Below, piece after piece: positions 52,250 to 64,000 of a DNA stretch of 64,000 nucleotides. Below the pieces are notes generated by a model. It searched no databases. It was not told the DNA's origin and worked only from the letters and a program-made list of their open reading frames with translations. The stretch is taken from contig CDLV01000006.1 in the NCBI GenBank assembly GCA_001244265.2, forward strand, positions 1,240,001 to 1,304,000. The letters are read 5' to 3'. This DNA comes from Microbotryum violaceum. Its lineage: Eukaryota. Within the stretch, counting starts at the first letter, position 1. Each line of letters begins with the position of its first letter. The position numbers and the translations under genes were made by a program.

Positions 52250-55200
52250 GTAAAATTGCCCAAAAATCGCTCTCCAACAGCCAGAAATACGAAAAATCGC
52301 TCCGACGACGCGACCCGGTACTAACGTCGCGTCCGCTTTGACAGCCGGCCGCTTGGACCCTGCGAAGATCCCGACCGCTTATCGGCTCCGCTCCCTCCGT
52401 CTGCATTAATACCCCTCTCCTCGCCAGCATGCGCAAGTCCCTTTCGAATCGGGGCCAACGACGCTGCAAGGACCCCTTTGAAGCTTTGCAGCTGGTAATA
52501 TCGCGCTTGCGCCCGTGGGTCCAGGACTCGCCAAGTGTGGCCGTCGAAGCCAAAACCAGCTGGGGGCTCAACGGTCTGCATGCTCGAGTTGTAGGTGTCA
52601 AGGCAGCTGACGACCCGGTGACCATTCAAGAAGAAGATTCGAGCTTGGCCGCGGCTGTTGCGATTGGTGAAGACTCCGGAACTGGCTTGCGTAGGAAAGA
52701 GCTCCTGAATCACAATGTTGGAGACGAGTCCGAGGGATCCGGTGCTCTCAACATTGCAGTGAGGCATTGCTGGTAACGGCTTTGTGTAAATATAGCGCAC
52801 TGTGGTGCATGCAGACGCCGACGTGATGAGCAAGTTCTCTCAATTGCAGTGAGGGGGTTCGAAATGCAACAAGCAAGGCGCTTTTGAGACTCACCATATC
52901 CGAGGGCAAGTCCCTCTCCGTTGCGAATCTTGAGGTCAAGTTCATCACAGCTTTGTGTGTGATGTAGTCCAAAGACAACTAAGGAGCCGATCTTCAATGG
53001 ATTCTTGGCCGATACGGAGCCAATGCTTGCGCCGAGGTGTGGATGTTGCTGGTCGAGCTGTCGGTAGCGAACGGCCCGAGCTCCTATCCCTTTCTATTCA
53101 ACATCGCAGCAAGATGTCAATTCAGAAAAAAGCAGGTAATTTTTCCCAGAATTCTGCATACATGCGATCTTGCGTCCTGCGTGTTTTGCCTTGTTTCGAC
53201 TTCGTGTTCGGTCATCTCTCGACCCGCCGTTCCACCCCCGGTCCAACGGACATTCCGAGACATTCCCGTGAGTTTCCGCCAACGCTCATCGTTCGTGGAT
53301 TCAAGCAGACCGCGCAAAATAGCCGAATGAACAGCAGCATGTGATCCTTGAGGCGATTGATTCGATCCGTTGGAGTCAGAAGCTGTGGATGATATTGCGG
53401 TGGATTGCCGACCTTTTAAAATGGCTTTAAGATGGTCGCATTGGTGAGCATTCCGATGAGCCTTGAGTTGATCGAGCAATAACTCGGCTCCGCGCTGGCT
53501 TCGTTGTGCTAGACCACCTAAAGGTAGCATATCGACCTGAAGATAGTGGGCAATGAGAACAGTAAGCTCAGTCCCCGAGATCGACCATGCAGTGACCACC
53601 GACAGCCGTAAATAATTTACCTTGGCTTTTTCGTGCAAGCCCGCAGGTTGGAACTCAGCATAGTGCTGGTTGAGTTCTTCCTGCACCTTGTTCCCCTCCT
53701 CCGCCTCTGCTTGTTGCTGGCGAGCTTGGTCATAATGAGTCCGAATTGAGTCCCTGCAGAAAGGTCAGTCGTTCAGTCAGCTTCAAAGTTGAATTTAGCA
53801 AGACTCTTGACTGTCAGCTCACAGCATATCCTCAACATCAATGTCAAGAGCTGTCAATGCGCAGATTGCGCTTCCAACTGCAGCTTGTTCCTCCAATTGA
53901 AGGGTGACCCTATCACCGGTAGTTCCGTTTCGAATTTGATCCAGTGCACGATCGACGAGCTCCGCCGGACTGGGGTCGTCGACGAATAAATCATGCGCAT
54001 CTGATATATAATAGGCTGTGTGTCATTTACTGCAGTGATATAGGAAGAGACTTGGCAGGCGACAGTTTCACTCTCACCTTCATCTACCATGATGTCCTCT
54101 TGAAATTGATTCGGTGGGCGCGCTCCAGCCTCGACCAAGTTTGGCCACATCTTCGTCGCTTCGAGTAGATCACGAGCTGGTCGCGCGGCTTCTTGGCTCG
54201 CTTGTATGATCTGTGTATCCGAAGGATACGAGCCAAGAGCCGAAAGATCGATTGCGGTTGTGTCGTCATACGTGTGATGGTATCCAGTTGAGCTGTCTGT
54301 TTGCGAGGCATTCACTTGAAGCGAGAAGTCCATGAGCAGCGAAATTTTGGATGCTGCCTGCACAGTAGAATAGCCTAGGGAGATTAGGTCTCAGCTCACA
54401 ACAAAAGAATGATCAGCTCAGAGCGCGTCTCCTCACTTGAAGAAAACTTAGGGCGTCAAATTCCGGGACAATCTTCCGTAGGCTGCCGGAAAAGTGCTCG
54501 ACCATCTCCGTGCCATGGCGCCAGGGTAGAAAACTTCGGGTGGCCAATAATCGCGATAGATGCGAATGAGTGCGATGCAGCAATTGACCACCTTGTAGAC
54601 GCCGTCCAGAGTCGCTGCGCTGAGGAAATGATCACCAGAGTACTCGGGGAAGACTCTGACGAACTTGGACCACCCTTCAAATGCATAGTAAACGGTGAGG
54701 AGTATCTTCGCCCTTTCTAGTGGCTGTAAAGAGCGGTTCTGTATGGCGTCATGTAACTCTCCACAGAGGAAAAGGAAGACGACTGCATCTTGGTCCAGAT
54801 TGCCGGCGCTGCACTCGTCCGCAGCCAGTTCGAGAGTAGCAGCTGAGAAGGCTCTGTGAGCGGCGTTGTCGTCTTGTCGATCACGTTTTTCCACGTCACG
54901 GTTGTATAGTGTCTTTATATTCGAATCTTCGACCCTGATGAGCGTCAAGAAGCCTTGATGCCCGACGCAGCCGGTTCCTCCAATAATGGCCCGCCCTCCG
55001 GAATTGGAAGAGTTGAGGAGATTCTTGCCAACATGCTTTGGGTCGCGACCCATAGCAGTTGGGGTGGTTCCGATCCAAACCGATGAGATCTCCACGGGAG
55101 AGAAAACAGATGACGACAAAGAGGGTGGTGGGATCTTCCAGGCTGCCTGTTGGTTCGACGACTTGCGCTCGAAGATTGCGGCGACCTCACGCTGAATGAC

Positions 55201-58200
55201 ACCTTCTGTTGCCGCGCAATCTGCCGATATGGAAGCCAGCATGTCCGAAAGCTTGCATCTTTCGATCGTTTCCAATATATCGACCATCTGCGCCACGCTT
55301 GCAGATGTATCAACCTTGTCGCCAATGACAAATGCGGCGAATAATCGAGCTCGTGCTCCAAGTTGGTTCGGGACTACCATATAAACTCGAATCTGTAGCA
55401 CGAGCGAAGAACTTGAGAGAGGTAGCTGCAACCGCGCGGGAGAAAGCACCATCCGCCCACCTTTGTGCCTGCCACGGGAGGATCGGCCCCACCAAAGAGG
55501 GCTTGAAGAGCCTCAGACGTATCGTAGGGAATGGGATTGCCTTCCGTACCGACCAGCTCGTAAGACTGCGGCCCAACCTGCCCGTTAACGTAGACACTGT
55601 TGACACATGGGTCGAAGTTTGGTATCATCCACGTGGAGATTGAAGGTGCCTCCGATTTCTCGAAGATACGCAGCAACGAGTAGTATGGTCGGCATGTGAA
55701 TTCCTAATTGCAGATTTTCGACGGTGGCTCGAAGTGCTCTGGGGAGTTATCACCTTGCAGCATATTAGCATCATCACCTGGCAAATGCTTGCACAAACGT
55801 GAGTCTCACCGGAATTTGCGAAAAGTCGAGCCCCCAATGCTGGCTTGGTGGATCCGGTAAGTCGCGGGCGAGGCCAAAGCAAGAGCGTGCTCATAGTTGA
55901 GGAGGGCTTGGTTCCGGCGACAACCCCTGAGCGAAGCTCCCTTCGCCTCGCGATCCGATTTGATAACGGGCGCCTCGATCATTCCGGAGAGGATGGCCGT
56001 CCCCTTGAACTTTTTCTTGGCGACACCTTGAGCAAATCGGAGAAAAGGTGTGCGTTTTCCTCGTCCATCAAAAAGACATTCGAGGCCCGCGTACCGCTTG
56101 TAGATGTTGCTGATCAATGTGCTTGCGCCTTTCCATGCGTTGCGAGTGTACTTGGCAGTCTTCCCGGTGACACGCTTGGGAATAAGAGCCTTGCTGAAAG
56201 TTGGAATGAGAAGCAGATTCCGGCACTCAATGCAAGCAAGAGCTTGCGGTTTTGGCCCTAACTGCTTCCAACTACCCTTGCTGGTACAGCTCTTACTTTT
56301 GACATTCTTCAAAGCGTGGTTGTTGACCCACACGAAATGCGCTTCCTCCTCGAGGTCAACTTGCTGTTTCTCTTCGTCGTCCAAGGGGTCGTAGGACCGA
56401 TTCTTTTTGAACTGCTTGGCGCGCTTTGAAAAGAGATCCATGATAATCTCATGACGTGGTGTTGCGCCTCCTCCAATCGTCGAGGCTGCCTCGAGATACT
56501 TGAGAAATTCGCCTTCGGGCAATCCGGGACATTGCGGCGGTTGAAGAGGTCTTGGCGGATCAGCGGCTCTGGTGAGAAAGCCAGTGATCGACCCGTTGCT
56601 TTGTTGACTTCCGCGGCATTTTGTGAGGTGATTCTCGAAGCGAGTGACATCGAAATCGCGATGCAACTTCACGACATTTGCACAGCGTCTGGACGTGACA
56701 TCCCGCGGTCTGGAAACGGTTACCCGCGAACCAGACATCAACTTCTCGACCTTGTCCTGCATTGCCTTCGGGATTCCCCCGTGCTGTACGTGACCACTCG
56801 GCGTTCTGTCCTTCTTGCTTCAGCTTGGTGGCGTGTTTGTGGTCTCCTTTGGCAGACTGGGATTTGCTGCTTGGAGCCTTCTTCTGAACCACTGGATCGA
56901 CGGACGTCTTGGATGACAGGAGTTCGCCCCACGCCGCGATTGTGTTTGAATGCTGCGTTGCTTTCTCCAAACTTGAGCTTAAAGGATCGACGGCGGATTC
57001 GACTGTTATCGAGCCGCTTGGCAGGAGATTTTCGCTCGACGCCAGAAGGTCCAGAACACTTGTCACGTTGCGAGATGTCTCGGTTGCCGTTTCCAGTACC
57101 ATCTGGCTGAGCTCCGATTCGAGACTCGCATTCACGTCCTCCATAGTGTCGTAGGTCGAGGCCACAAGACATTCATGGGCCAGTCGCAGGAATTGGCGCA
57201 CTCGAAGAAGTGGTCGAATCGAAGGGTCGAAGGAAGGCAGACCAAGACAGTCCTTTTCGAGTATGCTGATACATGCGGGACCGCAAGAGTCGCCATCAAG
57301 TTGTTGAGGTATAGGCATCACCGTTGGTGGCTGCGTGCTTGGAATGACGACGTTGAGGAAATTGAGAACGTCGAGCGCAGCCTCGCGCGTTTTCGTTTCC
57401 AGCGAACAAGTCTTGAGCGAGTTTGCAAGTTCCCAAGTCTTCTTTTTGACATCCACGCGAGCAATAACCCAATGACGAGACTCTTCGAGATTGAGTGGCA
57501 TGTAAATGATCTTGCACTCGCCTGCCAAGACCCGCGCGCGAATGTGTACTAAATGAAGATCTCCTTCGAATCGTTGTCGTCGTTTCTGGCAGTCGTGTTG
57601 TTGAGAGAAGTAGACCACACTGGATTGTACGAGGTCCGAGATCGATGCATGTCGAGGATTGCTCGCATGTATGCTCTTCATAGCGATGTCAAGCGTGTCC
57701 ATGGAGAGCCAGGAAGTGCCATTGTCCGCTAGAGTGCCGTTGAAATCACTCTATGTCAGTAAGTGTGCTCTCCTTCAGATCAGACGTCCACGTACCAAGA
57801 AATTCAAGAAGATGACCGAGTGTGATCAGATAACCGTCTTCGAAAAGTGGCTTCCCATACGGGCGAAAACAGTGCAAAGCCAACAACTTCGCTCGCGCCA
57901 GCTTGATGTACGCGGCGTCGCGTTTGTCATCGACCTTAACAGTGCTTAGCCAATCAATGTTATCCGAGATGGTTGACTTCAGCTGCTCGACAGAGTCCAG
58001 ATGTTGCCAGAACGCTGAGGAACCGATTGGCATGTGCTCCACTATCGACGTGCAAGGGGATCGAACCTCGATGGATCGATAGCCGGAGGCGTACAATTCT
58101 CGAAGATTGTGAGCTTTGTTGAATAATACACGGGTGTTGCTATCGGGGCGGATCTGATGCTCATGGAAGGTCGGCTCGAACTCGGATACGGCGAGCGTTG

Positions 58201-58982
58201 CGGTCAGGTCAGGCCGGGTAAATTCGAACGCAAGAAGCTCGCCGACAGTGAGCTCGGCAACAGGAGACATACTAGTAGCGGCGAATTGCTCATCTGGACT
58301 CTCGAGCACGTCGTCTAAGAGCACATGAATTCGTGCAACTGGAGGGGCTGCTGTAGATGACATGCTGTCCTCTTAACCCTCAGCAAGGGCACGCAGGGAA
58401 GTGCGCAGAGGGTAGGATGCTCGCGACGTGGCACAAGGTGAGGGTGGTCAGAGGCTGTCAGGGGCGTCTATTGGCCTTTATTTCACTTCCAGTGCCCTTG
58501 ATTTGGTGAGCGTCTGTGAGCTTTGTGAGCGTGAAGCGCATTTTTTTGCATTACAATCGGCTCGCGCGTCCAATTTCGTTCAGAAACTCATTCAAATCAA
58601 TGGACCGCCAGTTGGCCAGCAGCGCGCGCCTACTGATCCCAGACCGCCGCCGCTGATACGTGCTCGGCCAGCGGCCGAGCAGGGACGACCAGGGAGGTGC
58701 GAGGTCGGGGTACATCGATTTGTACACCATCCAGGACATACATCCAAGATATGGAGTGCCCAATTTTCCGATTTGTACGGCTTTTGAGTCGCAGTTTGGG
58801 GCTCGGAGGGTCCGATTTGTACATTTTCGGGGACGCACATTGGGCTGAGCTTTCCCGGGTCCTATCACAGTGCAACCACGTGGTGGAGCGGGCCAACCGG
58901 CTATTAGTAAAAAAAATGTATTCAGAGAATATGTGGTCACCATGAGGCTCTCATTCCGAGCCACGCGGTTTTAGGACCCCTG
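52250..58982 (-). mobile_element. P-element-superfamily-like DNA transposon with Ulp1/C48 protease domain; decayed, 3' end apparently truncated
   Basis: Large minus-strand gene (below). Putative 5' terminus CAGGGGTCC on the minus strand at 58982. CGATTTGTAC repeats at 58716, 58769 and 58813. Motif CCAAAAATCGCTC (52260-52272) is shared with the element at 68-2132 (217-229). No matching left TIR found. Confidence 0.7.
52321..58363 (-). pseudogene. Ulp1 protease + Zn-finger + P-like DDE transposase gene, frameshifted
   Basis: Ulp1: IIYMPLNL..HWVIARVD..ANSL..QQLDGDSCG. Zn finger RCANVVKL..FENHLTKC. RNase-H core VDDTKL (55624-55629), SADC (55219), DPKH..KN..N (55033-55044), DRQDDNAAHRAFS, TEMVEHFSGSLR (E at 54497). 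Motifs fall in different frames. Confidence 0.75.
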
Positions 58983-59007
58983 AGCGCGAGTCGCGGGTTC
59001 CATAGGT

Positions 59008-59139
59008 CGCCGAACTCGTATTCGGCGGTCGCGGTTCACTAGTTCACTGGCGATCTGCGTCGGCCTCGGTGCAGCTCACAGCGCGAGGAAGTACTTTCCC
59101 ACGAGTTCGGCGTTCGCGGTTCACTGGCGAACCACCCTG
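59008..59139. repeat. Short direct/inverted repeat cluster ending in a CAGGGTGG-type terminus; possible TE-end remnant
   Basis: CGCCGAACTCGT (59008-59019) is inverted at 59101-59112. TTCGGCG.TCGCGGTTCACT occurs twice and GTTCACTGGCGA occurs twice. Confidence 0.55.
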
Positions 59140-59530
59140 CTTGCAGTTCACAACATGAATAATAAGTACTCTTATGATGCAGGGAGTTCAAGCCCACTCT
59201 GCTCCTCACGAGGTGTTGACTGTATTTGTGGTTTTGCGGGGCTCGAAGGGCATCGTTTCGAGCTGAGAGTCTCTCAGACTCTCCTATCTGTAGGCGAGAA
59301 GCAGCGTTGACCTTGGCAGAGAGCGCAACTGCCGCGCCGTTCGCTGAGCCTCGTCCCAACCGCGAGCGCCCCTTTCCTTAGTTGAAATGTCGCCGATTGT
59401 TCGGCCGAGCGAATTCCTCTTTGTCCCTCTAAACTCGGACCAAACCCTTGGCCTTCTGATATCTTTTGACTAGCCCATCGCACCGCACAGCTCGCCAAGA
59501 TCCCCTTACCACACCTGGCTCTCCCTCGAC

Positions 59531-62500
59531 ATGCCTAGCGAGAACACAGACCCTTCGGGATACGATACGAGTGAGGAGCTTAAATTGGCCCCTGACATGG
59601 CGCAATCTCCGTACGTGCTCGGGAAGGCGCAAGGCAGCTTCTTCGACGCAGATGATGTCGCGCCTGAGTTCCTCGACGAGAATGGAAAAGAGGTGAGCGC
59701 AAGCGCAATATGAACATTCTCCTGGACTGCTTCTGAAAAGCTGTTGTTCCACGGGGTCTACGAGGGAGAAGCCATTGCTCGCTCGCAGGAGTGATAGACG
59801 AGGTTCCCGCTGACCTGGTCTCATTTGTGCTGCTACTGTCGGCGGTGGAACTTCATTCGATTCCAGAGGCCCATTGAAACCGCGTTGGACTTCTCAACTC
59901 GGTAAGGGGTGACGCCAGCTCTCGCATTCGAGGTCCAGTGACCCGTCACGCGTCACATCCGGCCAGCAACTGAAGGCTGCTCATACTTGTTTCTCGCCAG
60001 TCTGATGTCCCTCGATGATGATCCGTCTCTGCAAGTCCACACCGTCCGTATGTGGACCATCGGCCTCGGTCTCACTTGCTGTGAGTCTTCGTAGTCATAC
60101 CCGTGTGATCCCTCCCTTCATCCCGCTAAGATGATGTATCAAATTGTGAAAAGTCGGTGCGGCTTTGGGCCAGATCTTCTGTTTCCGACCCCAGACCTAC
60201 GGCGTATCGAGCTTGTTCCGTAAGTCAAATAGCGTCCTCTGGGGTAGAATTACATGGCTGACCGTCTACTTGAATGGTTCGCTGGAAGTTCAAATCATTG
60301 CCTACAGTACGTTCGAGTCGAGGGACCCCTGACCGAGGTTTCGCCTGACGATGCAAGGGGACCGACCCGCCACAGTAATGGGTAACGCGTGGCACCAGGT
60401 CTTTCCCAAGGCCGCCAGGGGTCGCTTTTGGGCCGCTCTTAATCCCGGACCTTCCAATATCAAAGAGCACGTCTGCATCACGGTCATGTCTTCGACCGGT
60501 AGCGGCGGCGCACTCGCGATTTCGACTTTCGCGGCCGAAAGGCTATACTGTGAGGCAGAAGGTCACAGTAAGGTTATGATGGGACTGCTGATATCTCTCA
60601 AGCCGTAGACAATATCGACCTGAATTACGGTATTGCCATCTCGATTCTCATGGGTGCGTCAGAAGCGATTTGATGAGCCCCAGATGTCGTCGACTGACGC
60701 GAACCGGCTCCTATCACTAGCCTCGCAATTCTTGGGCTACGGCCTTGGAGGCCTCTGTCGCTCGATCGCGGTCTATCCCACATACGCAGTTTGGCCTCAT
60801 CTGATACCTACAGTCAACCTGTTTGATACACTTCAGTAAGTACCACCCTGTTCGGTCTTGTCCCGGGTCGTGTGAAGGAGTGGCGAACGGAAGGCAGGTG
60901 GTGTTGACAACAGGGCTTGACCCCTTTTGGCAGTCGGAACAAAAATGGCAACGTAAACATACGGCGGTACAAACTTTTTTGGATCGTGAGTATTTGCCAA
61001 AACTTTTCCCTGTTGTACTACAAGCTGATCATGGTCGCGCGGATCCATCGCGAGGGTAGGTATTCGCCACGATCTTCGTCTGGGAATGGTTTCCCGAGAT
61101 CATCGCCCCGACCTTGACAGGTATCAGTGTGTTCTGGTGCGTCCTGGTGTATTAACTTACGAAAACAAAGATGTCATGAATACGCTTTGACGCGATATCG
61201 GCATCTTCAGTCTTTCAAACCGCACAAGTCGCACTTTCACGCGCATCTTCGGGGGGGACGAACGGAAATGAAGGTCTCGGCTTGTTCTCGATCGGGCTTG
61301 ACTGGCTACAGATTGGCTCGTGTGAGCGTGATCCTTGATATTTCGATAATGCGGATGCAGTCTGTTGAGAATCACTGACACTTCGTCCAATCGTTCTTGC
61401 TTGCAGCGTCCTTGTCCACGCCACTCGCTTCGATAATCTCGAACGGAATAGGAGTAGTGTTGTGCATCGTCATCTCGCTGGCGGGATAGTGAGCATGCAA
61501 CTCAATATGGTTCTGATCAAATACACTCACCCCGTCAAATACTCTTATCCATTATACACCACCAATCACTGCACAGCTACAGCAACATCTGGAACGCAAA
61601 GAATTACCCTTTCCTCGGGCAAGCCCTGTTCTATGAGGTAAGTCAAGTGTGGGACCCACTCCCTTGATACCGTTCGCGTTTGCCCGTCGATCTCACTTTA
61701 CTCTTCACTATTGCGACAGAACGGCTCTATCTACGACCAACAAGCGATCCTCGATTCCCACTACAACCTCAACAAGACGGCTTTGGCCGAGCAAGGTTGG
61801 CGCACTCGTTGTGGCTTCATGAAATCGGCCTACAGGAACGCTCTACCTGGAATCGATGCTCGAATTAGCTGGACGCTTCAATCAACTGACCTTGTGGTGA
61901 CACAATTACAGGTATTCCCTCTTACACTTGGACAAATGCGCGTAAGCACCGATAGCAGGTACGCGTAATTCATCGCCACCGCACATGAACTGACACATCT
62001 CTCACTCGCATCCTCCAAGTCTGATAAATTGGGATCAATCTCGGTATTAGCGCATCTTTTATGCATGTTTTCCTGTGCGTAACTCGACCCGACATGTGGG
62101 TGCTACAAGGTATAAACCTGACCGAGCGCGCACCGCAGCTGGTACCGCCAAGACATGAAGAAAGCCTTTCGCAAGTGGCAGACGAGGACGCAAGATGACC
62201 CGCACTACCTCAAGATGTTGGCGTGTTCGTCACAATTCTGAGAGAAGAGGCTCGGCTCCCAGAACCTGAACTGATCGCGACCCCCGGCTAGACGCAGATC
62301 CCGAGTGTGGGATGCTCATTTACGCCGGCGTGTCCGCAGCCGGGTTCGTGATGGCCCTTGCGACCCTTTATGCAGCTCACTCGGGTATGCCCTGGTACGC
62401 GCTCGTGATCGGCTGCCTCTACGCAGCTATCGAGTTACCGAGTGAGGTCTGGCGATACAACGTTGCAGCTCTGGCCGAAGCTGACGGCGCGCGCTTTCGG

Positions 62501-64000
62501 GTTCCTGCCAGTCGATTGCGTCATATCCTCAATCACCGGTAGCGGAGTAGTCGGCTCCAACATGACGCGAATGTCAGTGAGAAAATTGCACTAGATCTCA
62601 GTCCCGCTGTAGGAGCTGACTCAATGACACCCACCTTAACAGCCTGGGCGCAGCTTTGGTACCGAGCAACGCTCGCGCGAGTCTGTACTTCCAGGTGAGC
62701 CTTACGACACTCAGGAAGGGCTTGCTTCCTTCGACTGAGAATGTAGTCATCAGCTCTACAGCAGCAACAGTGTTGCGCAAGGGGCTAAGATGGTCGCAGA
62801 TCTCAAGGTGAGCCTCATCTCGGGCTCGGAGTGCGTCGCCTCAAATCCATGCAGCAGTGGTCTGACCCCTATCTCGTTCAAATGGCTACAGCTGGGCCAA
62901 GTGAGTGTCCATCATTTTAGATCGGGGTCAAATTAATATGCTGAGCCCTTGTCACGACTGCCATCTGAGTAGTACACCAAAGTTGGTCTTGAAGCAGGGC
63001 GACGGCTCGGGTTCAACACGCTGATCTGACTCTTCCCTACCATCACACAGGTGCCGCCGCGTGCAATGTTTGTAAGTCTCCGATGGACGTCAACCAGTCT
63101 CCTAAGTGAGAGAGCATAACTGAGTATTCCCTCTGACAGATCGTTCAATCCGCCGGCACGATTGTTGGATCGATTCTGAGTCTCGTCGTCGTGAGTGTAG
63201 AGCCTCGTTCGTAGTCACTCTGAGCGCGCGTGGAGCTAAAGGGAGGATATCTTCTCAGATGAACTCCATCATCGACTCTCATCGCGAGATACTATTGAGC
63301 GTTGAAGGGTCAAATCTATGGTCGGGGAATATCGTCCAGTCCTTCAATTCCGATGTACGTCAACGTCCGGAAAGCTTAGTTTTTACAGCTCTGTGAATAG
63401 GGATGAGCTGACTTATAAGTACTATCACTCCTAGGCCGTGACGTGAGTTCTGACCACCTCCTATCGTGGAAGCAAGGTACTTAGCTCATGTACTCATTCC
63501 TTTGCCCAAAGCTGGGGTGCATTGGGGACAGAAATGGTGAGTTAGGGCACCATGTCTACGTCTCAGAATACTGATCCGACGAACATGTTCTACACCGCAG
63601 TGGGGTCCTCGTAGGTGTTCGGGGCCACTTCTCAGACGGGTTTTTCCGTATGATCTCACGCGTAATATATCCTATTAAACCACTCACAGATAGCAAATAC
63701 TTCATCGTACCACTTGGACTAGGTATGACGGGCAGCGTTCTTTACCGCCGAAAAAGAATTTGAGTCTCCTGACACGTCCCATCGCCGACCTTCAGTCATC
63801 GGCCTCTTCATCCCGATCCCTGTCTGGTTGGGTCACAAATGTTTCCCCAAACTCCAACTCGACCAAGTAGTCACGCCCATCATCTGTTTCTCCCTCGGCT
63901 ACCTCTCCGTGCGTAGCCCCATACCGTCGTGACCCGCAAAGGGCGTGTCGCAGCCTGAGAGCGCTGAGTCTCGAAGTCGTCCTTGAGCAGGTCGGCATCA
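59531..64000 (+). CDS. Oligopeptide transporter (OPT family); partial, continues beyond the window
   Basis: LDDDPSLQVHTVRMWTIG, IFCFRPQ, LNPGPSNIKEH, SQFLGYGLGG..VWP, DDPHYLKM, DLK/LGQ/YTK/VPPRAMF, WGALG. More than 25 short introns. Confidence 0.92.

Overview
Eukaryotic, intron-rich fungal DNA. Gene content and GT..CTRAC..YAG introns suggest a basidiomycete, probably a Pucciniomycotina/Microbotryomycetes-type yeast (inference). There are about 15 host genes: a secreted GDSL/SGNH protein, a PIN-fold protein, a single-pass membrane protein, an alpha/beta hydrolase, a PDK/BCKDK-type kinase, MED20, MDM10, YPP1/TTC7, RAB18, an SDR, MIPC synthase, a putative tandem histone-fold protein, ACL4, an ELO elongase, a Zn2Cys6 transcription factor, and an OPT transporter that runs off the window. 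Three DNA transposons are interspersed: (i) a structurally complete but decayed CACTG-type EnSpm/CACTA element (26427-33269, 3-bp TSD ACG); (ii) a ~6.7-kb decayed P-element-like transposon whose gene also encodes a Ulp1/C48 SUMO-protease domain and a Zn finger (~52250-58982); (iii) a 2.06-kb TIR-bounded internal-deletion relative of (ii) at 68-2132. The most notable observations are the Ulp1-carrying P-like family with its non-autonomous derivative, and a secreted SGNH protein that has lost both its catalytic Ser and His. All gene models and family calls were made by eye without database searches, so exon boundaries are approximate.
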